IMG/VR virus record: IMGVR_UViG_3300049454_000023
Span: 1 to 53,090 of that record
Length of the DNA stretch: 53,090 nucleotides
Origin: a virus
Taxonomy: Duplodnaviria; Caudoviricetes
Direction: 5' to 3' (one strand)
This document shows positions 46,426 through 52,563 of the stretch, in pieces. The notes under the pieces are model-generated. The model saw only the letters and a list, made by a program, of their open reading frames with translations. It was not told the DNA's origin and ran no database searches. The position numbers and the translations under genes are program-made. Numbering within the stretch: the stretch's first letter is position 1; each line of letters starts with the position of its first letter.

Positions 46426-46465
46426 CAGGGCAGCGTAGCGCTTTGCTTGACGAAGCGCAAGCGGC

Positions 46466-48913
46466 CTACACGTATTCGGCGACACCGGTCCCGCGACAAC
46501 GCAGTCCGGCCAGGCACCCGACGTAGCCTCCAACCGGGTAGTCCGCGCGCAACTCGGCCATCGAGGCGTATTCGGTGCCGTCGATGCCGTTGCAGGCGGT
46601 GCAGGTGTTGCCATCGAGGATCTCCGAGGCGTAGAGGCTGGTCGGTTTCGCGGCTTCCATGTAGCTGAACCGCCCCTGGTTGTAGCTCTGCTGGGTCGCG
46701 CCGCCCAACTGCTCCTCCAGGGCGGCATCGCTCAGCCCCTCCAGGTGTTCGCGCACAAGCCCGGCGGCGGCTTCCGGCTCCAGGGCCGAGACTGCTGCGG
46801 CTTTCTTGCTCGCCGAGGTCGAGAGGCCAGCGGCCAGCGTGAGAGAGGCCGCCTCGGCACGTTCACGCACGGTGCGCTCCAGTTGGTCGCCGTCAATTTC
46901 TGGCTCTGCGAGTGCGATCCCCGGTTTTTTGACTCGATTTTGGCCCGATTGGTCGCCGTCGCTCGCAGCCACCCCAGTCTGCGCCTCATGCTCTGCCCGC
47001 GCGCTATTAACGCCTTCCTCGGCAATCTTTAGCATCGGCTCGGCGAGCACCTCGGTATCAACGGGGTCGCAACTAAGGGTGGCGAGCTTTGCGCTATCGC
47101 CCTCTGCTGCCTCGACCTCGGCTACTAGCTGAGCGATCTGCTGGGCCTGTCCCTCGCGATATGCGGCGACCAGCGTGTCTCGGCCGCTGAGGAAGGTGTC
47201 CTCCATCGCGGCGAAGTCGACTTGAGCGGCGACCTCGAAGGCGAGCGGCTGGCGCTTTAGGTCGCGGTCTGGAAGCGCGAGTGCCATCGTCGGGGCCAAG
47301 GTGCCATCCGGTTGGCGAAGCAGCGTGCCATCCCCCAAGAGCTGGTCCCTTGCGCGGCGAGCGGTTCCGTTCTTTGGGTCCGACCCGGCGAGACGGGCAG
47401 CCTGCGGCCAGCTCATCGGCGCAGTCACGACCTCGGCGAGCCTCTCGGCGAGCTTGGAGCGCTGAGGCTGTGAGGCGCCCTCTGCGGCTTTGGGGGGCGT
47501 TTGCGGGGGTTCGGGCGTGGGAGGAAGGTCCGGGGCCGCAGGAGGCGCTACAGCGGGTTCAGGCGCGTTCTTCTGCCCCGGCACCTTCCAGCGCTGCTCG
47601 ATGTAGGCGCGAAGCTCCGGCGTGACGAGGACAAGCCCTTCTTTAACGGCGGTCGCGAGATCGGTGAAAGCCACGTCGGCGGTCTCAATGCGGGTGTAGG
47701 TGATCTGTGGGGACGCCTGGTCGGGGCCGAAGTTTCGCTTGACCTGTTTGTCGATGAACGCCTGGGTGGCCTCGCAGTACCAGTCCGCGATTGCGCCCTG
47801 GAACTCGATGGCGCGTTCGGCGAAGGTGTCGCCCAGCGCGCGGGCGCCGGATGCCGCGTCGCCGCCGAGGTTGAAAAGCATCTGCATCAGCGCCTTCGCC
47901 ATCTGCTCATCGTGGTAGCGAATCGAGGCGATGGTGTCGGGGAGGGTGCCTTCGACGCCCGCGATCCGCAGTTTGCCCGGGCCGGCGCCGCCACCTACCG
48001 TTGAGGCGCGGATTTCTTCGGCGCGCTGGGCGAGGGATTCGATCTGCGGCTGGGAGGCCGAGGGGTCGACCTCAAACCAGGGGATGCCCATCGCGTTGCG
48101 CTCGTGCTTGACGGCGTCGACACGGATCAGGGCGTCCTTGACGAGGAAGTTGCGGTAGCAGGCCCGCAGCACCGAGCGGCCGACCTGATCGCCGTCGTCG
48201 GCGGTGTCCCAGAGGTAGGTGAGCAGGCGCGATGCCTCCAGGGTGCGAATTCCGCCCACAATGCCGCCCATCACGCGCTGGCCGCCGGTGATCCCAATCC
48301 CCCCGGCCATCTGTTCGATTGCCTCCAGGTTGCCGTGCTCGTCAGTGCGGATGCCGATGATCGAGCGAGGCGGGCGGGTGCCGAGCTTCTTCAGGTGCAG
48401 CAGGCCGTCCTCGCGCAGCTCCAGGACTTCCTCGAAGTGGTAGTGCCCCTGGCCGACCGCCCGCAGGGAGTGGCTGAGGTGCTTGTCGTGGTTGAAGCCG
48501 CCTCGGCGCGGAACCGTGGTCTCGTCCCCTCGCACCGGCAGGTTCAGGTCTTCGTGGGCGAGCGCGATAGCTCCCGGCTGGGCGTCGACCGGGTTCAGTT
48601 CCCAGCGGAAGCGACGGGTCGGCAGGAAGGTCGCCAGTAAAAGGCCCTTGACCTGCGCATCGGTGGTTTCCATGCGCTCGTTGACTTCGACTGAGCGCGG
48701 CCACTGCATCTCGACGGCGAACTCGCGGTCGTCGATGAAGTAAGCCCAGTCGGGTCGGCCCCCGAAGGCACCCATGGGGGAGAGGACGGCGCCGGGGACA
48801 CCCTGCTCGGTGGTCGGCGCCGCACGCACCATCTCTTTGGAGGCGGCCATCGAGACTCCGGCCTTGGCTGCCATGCGGGCACGGGCGGCATCGATGGCTG
48901 GGCGGTCGGGCAT
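46466..48913 (-). CDS. Portal protein (DUF935/Mu gp29-like) fused to wHTH-like and MuF-like domains
   Basis: G.SVLR.CY...L.K....ER..MG.P, I.YHD..M.K and G.RALG portal motifs; C-terminal SEILD.NTC..C..IDG...C..RCRG. Confidence 0.85.
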   Translation of the reverse strand: MPDRPAIDAARARMAAKAGVSMAASKEMVRAAPTTEQGVPGAVLSPMGAFGGRPDWAYFIDDREFAVEMQWPRSVEVNERMETTDAQVKGLLLATFLPTRRFRWELNPVDAQPGAIALAHEDLNLPVRGDETTVPRRGGFNHDKHLSHSLRAVGQGHYHFEEVLELREDGLLHLKKLGTRPPRSIIGIRTDEHGNLEAIEQMAGGIGITGGQRVMGGIVGGIRTLEASRLLTYLWDTADDGDQVGRSVLRACYRNFLVKDALIRVDAVKHERNAMGIPWFEVDPSASQPQIESLAQRAEEIRASTVGGGAGPGKLRIAGVEGTLPDTIASIRYHDEQMAKALMQMLFNLGGDAASGARALGDTFAERAIEFQGAIADWYCEATQAFIDKQVKRNFGPDQASPQITYTRIETADVAFTDLATAVKEGLVLVTPELRAYIEQRWKVPGQKNAPEPAVAPPAAPDLPPTPEPPQTPPKAAEGASQPQRSKLAERLAEVVTAPMSWPQAARLAGSDPKNGTARRARDQLLGDGTLLRQPDGTLAPTMALALPDRDLKRQPLAFEVAAQVDFAAMEDTFLSGRDTLVAAYREGQAQQIAQLVAEVEAAEGDSAKLATLSCDPVDTEVLAEPMLKIAEEGVNSARAEHEAQTGVAASDGDQSGQNRVKKPGIALAEPEIDGDQLERTVRERAEAASLTLAAGLSTSASKKAAAVSALEPEAAAGLVREHLEGLSDAALEEQLGGATQQSYNQGRFSYMEAAKPTSLYASEILDGNTCTACNGIDGTEYASMAELRADYPVGGYVGCLAGLRCRGTGVAEYV

Positions 48914-49057
48914 TGGCACCCGACAATACGGAAAGGTGCCGACCCCAACGAAGAAGCTCCGACCCACGCCCTGTTTCACGCGCCTCTCGGCAATGAAGTC
49001 AGCGGTACGTGCAAATCGGAGCCGCCCGCAGGTTATCACCCGTGCCACAATCCCGCG

Positions 49058-49264
49058 ATGGAACGGCGGCGCCTCAAACTCGGCATGAAGGTCGGGGTCA
49101 GACCCGCCAACCTCTCCAAGTCCCTCGGCCTGCGTACCGCGACGGTGGTCGGCCTGATCGACCGGCCCGGCTATCGCCAGCACCGGGCCATCGTGCGCTA
49201 TGAGGACACTGGCAAGCGGGTCGAGCTTCCGCTTTCGCGCCTGGCGCCGATAGAGCGCCCCTAG
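49058..49264 (+). CDS. Small SH3/KOW-like protein
   Basis: LKLGMKVGV...ATVVG...VRYED...LSRL; leaderless CACAAT-N6-ATG. Confidence 0.6.
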   Translation: MERRRLKLGMKVGVRPANLSKSLGLRTATVVGLIDRPGYRQHRAIVRYEDTGKRVELPLSRLAPIERP

Positions 49265-49272
49265 AACGCCGA

Positions 49273-49303
49273 CGACCCGCCATGCGGTGAGCTAGGCGGG
49301 TCG
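49273..49303. terminator. Hairpin after the SH3-like gene
   Basis: cgacccgcc / ggcgggtcg. Confidence 0.5.
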
Positions 49304-49385
49304 TGGCGATGAACCGAGTCAACCCGTGGCACAGGACGAACCACGATGAGACGCGATGGGCTGAGACTACCACTCCGGTCAGCGC

Positions 49386-49428
49386 TTGACAAACCGCAAA
49401 GGGAGGCTTACGCTGAGCACCTGAACCG
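49386..49428 (+). promoter_or_regulatory. Boxed promoter of the plus-strand operon
   Basis: TTGACA-AACCGCAAAGGGAGGCT(17)-TACGCT-N6-CTGAACCG. Confidence 0.7.
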
Positions 49429-49450
49429 TTGTCAACCATTGGAGGATTCG

Positions 49451-49810
49451 ATGATTAACTACGATCTGATCGGGCAGGGGCTGCTGCACCCGATTGCCGC
49501 CAACATTCTGGCCGCCTATGAATTCCACGCAGGTCGGAAGCTCTCGCCAAACGAACTATCGGCGATAACCGATGAGGCGCTGGGCAACGTCAGCTACCAC
49601 GTCTCGATGCTCTCGGGCCGCCATCCGAACTCTCGCTTCAAGGAGAACCCAGTGCTGGAGCTGGTCGACACTCAGCCGCGTCGCGGTGCCGTCGAGCACT
49701 ACTACGCGCTAAGCGACGCCGCGAAGCTGACCCCGGCCGTGCTACGCGATCAGTTGGATCGGTTGCGGAACGGCGAGCTGGACGCAGCAGAAGGGGAGGG
49801 TCGGCGATGA
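49451..49810 (+). CDS. ArsR/HTH_20-like winged-helix regulator
   Basis: HP....IL...SPNELS....LGNVSYHV..L...LELVDTQPRRGAVEHYY. Confidence 0.8.
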   Translation: MINYDLIGQGLLHPIAANILAAYEFHAGRKLSPNELSAITDEALGNVSYHVSMLSGRHPNSRFKENPVLELVDTQPRRGAVEHYYALSDAAKLTPAVLRDQLDRLRNGELDAAEGEGRR

Positions 49811-49989
49811 GCGGCGGGGGCCTGTTCGACAATCTGTTTATGGCGGCCTGCGTCGCCTTGGGGAGCACCCTCATCCTCCACGACCTAGGGGTCGTGCTGG
49901 GGACCGAGGGCGCAATCGGACTCGGCGTGATCTCGGCCGCCCTCGGCATCACGCTAGCCGCCATCGCAAACCGAGGGGAGGGGCGATGA
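49807..49989 (+). CDS. Small two-TM membrane protein
   Basis: Two hydrophobic helices; ATGA coupling. Confidence 0.6.
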   Translation: MSGGGLFDNLFMAACVALGSTLILHDLGVVLGTEGAIGLGVISAALGITLAAIANRGEGR

Positions 49990-50084
49990 GGCGGCACCCA
50001 AGCCCCTGGGCGATCCTCGCGGTGCTCGTTTTCGAGATCGCCGTCGCCGTCCAGGTCTACGTGCTTGTGAAGCTGATCGTATGA
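49986..50084 (+). CDS. Small membrane peptide (32 aa)
   Basis: MRRHPSPWAILAVLVFEIAVAVQVYVLVKLIV; ATGA coupling. Confidence 0.55.
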   Translation: MRRHPSPWAILAVLVFEIAVAVQVYVLVKLIV

Positions 50085-50245
50085 GCGAGAAGACGCCCAA
50101 CCCTGGTTCTGAGGAGGCGCGAGCGCAGGGCTGTACCTGCCCGATACTCGACAACAATCACGGCAAGGCAGCGCCATGGCCGCCCGACGGATGGTGGATG
50201 GTCGAGGGCTGCCCGGTGCATAACCCGAAGGAGGAAGCGAAATGA
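50081..50245 (+). CDS. Conserved small phage zinc-binding protein
   Basis: PNPGS.EA...GCTCP..DN.HG...W...GCPVH. Confidence 0.65.
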   Translation: MSEKTPNPGSEEARAQGCTCPILDNNHGKAAPWPPDGWWMVEGCPVHNPKEEAK

Positions 50246-50406
50246 GGGCGCTCCTGATCGGCTTCGCGATTTTGGTCGTGCTCGCGATCATCATCACGCC
50301 CGTCTCCTATCTGACCATGCCCGACACGGCCTGTATGGACGCCTGGCGCGAAGACCGTGCCACCCATGCCTGTTGGGCCGAACACAACGAATGGAGTCCC
50401 GAATGA
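50242..50406 (+). CDS. Small membrane-anchored/secreted peptide
   Basis: MRALLIGFAILVVLAIII... with a 2-Cys external part; SD AAGGAGG. Confidence 0.55.
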   Translation: MRALLIGFAILVVLAIIITPVSYLTMPDTACMDAWREDRATHACWAEHNEWSPE

Positions 50407-50999
50407 ACCCCGCAACCCGACCCACCCTGGTCGTCTTTGCCGCGTTGTTTGCGGTGATCGGCTGCCTGTTGGCGACCTCGGAGTCAAAGGGGGCGGCTGC
50501 CTCCCCTAGCGCCTCCCAAGAAGCGCTCTACAACGGGTGGCTTGCCGAATCAGCGATGCCGCTGCCGAAGGCGACGATCAAGGTCCAGCCGCGAACCTGC
50601 CCGGAGTTCCATGCGACCCTCTGCGCGCATCCGGGCCGCTCGGTCATCGTGATCCCGGACCCGACCTACCTGACCGAAGTGATGGCGAGCGGGCGCACCT
50701 ACGGGTCTACGCGAGAAATCGCAAGTGAGCGCTTTGGCCTCTACCACGAGGTCGGGCACGTTATCGACCTAGGAGAACATCGTGGCCCCCGGCGTTACCG
50801 ACGGGCTTTCTCGCGCCTGATCGGCGGGGACGGGCCGAACGCCGACTTTGAGCTATTGGCAGACGCCTATGCCTTGTGCTCGTTCAGCCGGACTCAACTG
50901 CCAGCACTTGGGGTAAATGCCATCAGCTTCTACGGCTACAAGCCCTCGGTGACGTTGCACAGAAAGGTCTGCCGAGTGCTGGCGGCAGGGATGCGCTAA
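50403..50999 (+). CDS. Secreted zinc metallopeptidase-like protein
   Basis: Signal peptide; YHEVGH (HEXXH) plus downstream ELLADAY. Confidence 0.65.
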   Translation: MNPATRPTLVVFAALFAVIGCLLATSESKGAAASPSASQEALYNGWLAESAMPLPKATIKVQPRTCPEFHATLCAHPGRSVIVIPDPTYLTEVMASGRTYGSTREIASERFGLYHEVGHVIDLGEHRGPRRYRRAFSRLIGGDGPNADFELLADAYALCSFSRTQLPALGVNAISFYGYKPSVTLHRKVCRVLAAGMR

Positions 51000-51562
51000 G
51001 CGGCGACAAGAAGGTAGGCAAAGCCGGTGTTCGCGGCGTAGCATTTGCCTTCGGGACTGGTTTCCCGCCTCGCTCGCATTTTGATCGTGTGTTTGGCCGC
51101 ACTCAGCGTCAGCAGGTAGAACTGCGGGACCGTGGCTCGTAGGACGTTATTTAGGTTCGTCACTTCACCCGCGGTTTCGTCGATCCTGTCTCCTAACTGA
51201 GCGCTAACCCGAGCCTCCCGCGTCTGGTCGGCTGCGTCAAGGCGTATCGTGCCCCGGGCACGGATGATTGCCCCGGTCGACGAGGGTGATGCCTCAAGGT
51301 CAAAGACGGCCGCGATTAGCAGCTTGCTTTCCACGGCCGGGGTCAGTTCAAGGGACCCACCCGAGAGCGGTACGTCTTCAAAGCTGGCCGAGAGCGCTAG
51401 ATCGCTTTCGGCAGCCTTTAAGCCGATGGTCGGCGCTAGGTTCCGCGACCCCCATTTCAGCGTGTCGAGCAGGGTGGCGAGGGCTTTGATCTGGGTTGGA
51501 GCGTCGGGGGCGTCGGAATCCTCCGGGTAGGGGATCGCGTTGACGGTGGTGGTTTTGGACAT
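50996..51562 (-). CDS. Minor tail/tail-fibre protein (displaced from the tail module)
   Basis: N-terminus TT...IPYPEDSD.PD....KALA..LD, typical of actinophage fibre attachment domains; beta-rich C-terminus. Confidence 0.6.
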   Translation of the reverse strand: MSKTTTVNAIPYPEDSDAPDAPTQIKALATLLDTLKWGSRNLAPTIGLKAAESDLALSASFEDVPLSGGSLELTPAVESKLLIAAVFDLEASPSSTGAIIRARGTIRLDAADQTREARVSAQLGDRIDETAGEVTNLNNVLRATVPQFYLLTLSAAKHTIKMRARRETSPEGKCYAANTGFAYLLVAA

Positions 51563-51568
51563 TGTCGC

Positions 51569-51670
51569 CTACCTATCGAACTGGTTCGCCGCGTGCCGGT
51601 AGAACTTGATCCCGCCCTGGATGGCGAGGACGAGGGCGGCACCGAGGGCGATTCCGAGGAGGAAGGTCAT
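51569..51670 (-). CDS. Small membrane peptide (33 aa)
   Basis: MTFLLGIALGAALVLAIQGGIKF...; late-type leaderless promoter. Confidence 0.55.
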   Translation of the reverse strand: MTFLLGIALGAALVLAIQGGIKFYRHAANQFDR

Positions 51671-51707
51671 GGGCGGCAGCCTAGCGGGCTGGGCCGACCC
51701 CTGAAAT

Positions 51708-51754
51708 GACAAAACCCCCCAAGGTGCGGGAGGCGCCAGGTGGGGGGCTTTGTC
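51708..51754. terminator. Terminator-like hairpin
   Basis: gacaaaacccccc / ggggggctttgtc. Confidence 0.55.
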
Positions 51755-51803
51755 GAGCAGTTAGTCTGCCCGGTATCTCCATACCGACCCTCACCCTACT
51801 AAG

Positions 51804-51968
51804 TTGACCGGCCGCCCCAAGCGGAGCGCGTCGAGCCGCTACTTCAAGCGCGTCCACCGCGACCGCGAGCGGATCGCTGCCGAAGAACGCAAGGCACGCG
51901 GAGAGCCGAACGAGCAGGAGCGCTGGGCCGATGAGCTAGTCGAACGTCTGCGGGGTAAGGGCAAGTAG
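51804..51968 (+). CDS. Small basic protein (54 aa)
   Basis: TTG start gives MTGRPKRSASSRYFKRVHRDRERIAAEERK...; protein-like codon pattern. Confidence 0.5.
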   Translation: MTGRPKRSASSRYFKRVHRDRERIAAEERKARGEPNEQERWADELVERLRGKGK

Positions 51969-52256
51969 GTCCGGCGATGCGTGGTAGCCCACGGCGCCCG
52001 TGCGAGCCAAGTAGCTGGGCGTAAAACCAGGAGCACACCGCCGAATGTAGCTGCTTAGAACCGCGTAAGAGCGCGGGGGATGAGGCAGGCGCGGGGCAAT
52101 CGCCCAAGGCTTATTCGCCAAACCCGTAGTTGGACCCTGGAGCCGATGAGGAAACGAGGGGAAACCGGACGGTCGGAGGCGCGCCAGCAGAACGGAACTC
52201 GATACCTCGTAGGAGCGGAGGAAGGCTGGTTAATGCCTTCAGCCGCTTACCCTACC
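51969..52256 (+). ncRNA. Candidate multi-stem structured RNA/origin element (RNA-D)
   Basis: Closing stem gtccgg/ccggac enclosing at least 5 hairpins, followed by a long hairpin at 52209-52255. Confidence 0.4.
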
Positions 52257-52265
52257 CAGCCGGGG

Positions 52266-52294
52266 TTGACTAAGCGCAAGCCCCTAGCTAAGAT
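52266..52294 (+). promoter_or_regulatory. Boxed promoter with no downstream ORF
   Basis: TTGACT-AAGCGCAAGCCCCTAGC(17)-TAAGAT. Confidence 0.7.
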
Positions 52295-52299
52295 CCACG

Positions 52300-52426
52300 C
52301 CGGGTAATCGGTGAGTGCCCGTCAGAGGGGCGCGGGGGCGGTTTCGACACTGTCCGTACCTCGCCGTTAAGCCGCTCGCGCAGCAGGAGCGGAAAGCGCT
52401 TTCACCCGCAACCGCCGGACTGCTGC
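52300..52426 (+). ncRNA. Candidate ~125-nt multi-hairpin, pseudoknotted sRNA (RNA-E)
   Basis: Three hairpins inside ggtga/tcacc; loop GCAGCAG complementary to 3' CUGCUGC. Confidence 0.5.
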
Positions 52427-52552
52427 CTACCGCACCATCACCCGCACGAACTCCAGGATCAGCAGGAGCGAGATCGCGACCAAGAGCGCTACGGCCGCGA
52501 CGAGGACGTAGAGGGCAGCGCGCTCAAGCAGGGCGAATAGCTTCTCGGACAC
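52427..52552 (-). CDS. Small single-TM peptide (41 aa)
   Basis: MSEKLFALLERAALYVLVAAVALLVAISLLLILEFVRVMVR. Confidence 0.55.
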   Translation of the reverse strand: MSEKLFALLERAALYVLVAAVALLVAISLLLILEFVRVMVR

Positions 52553-52563
52553 GCGGCGAGAAG

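Noticed and set aside
48914-49183. 90-aa N-terminal extension of the portal in the ORF track
   Set aside because: It overlaps the divergent gene 49058..49264, and the late promoter points to a start at or near 48913.
52143-52165. Hammerhead ribozyme core (ccgatgag...gaaac)
   Set aside because: The core reads CCGAUGA rather than CUGAUGA, and there is no stem II between GA and GAAA.
52334-52356. tRNA gene (TTCGA loop); also ggtttcgagtccc near 43675-43687
   Set aside because: No 7-bp acceptor stem, D-arm/anticodon geometry or CCA in the right positions; kept only as part of the ncRNA candidates.
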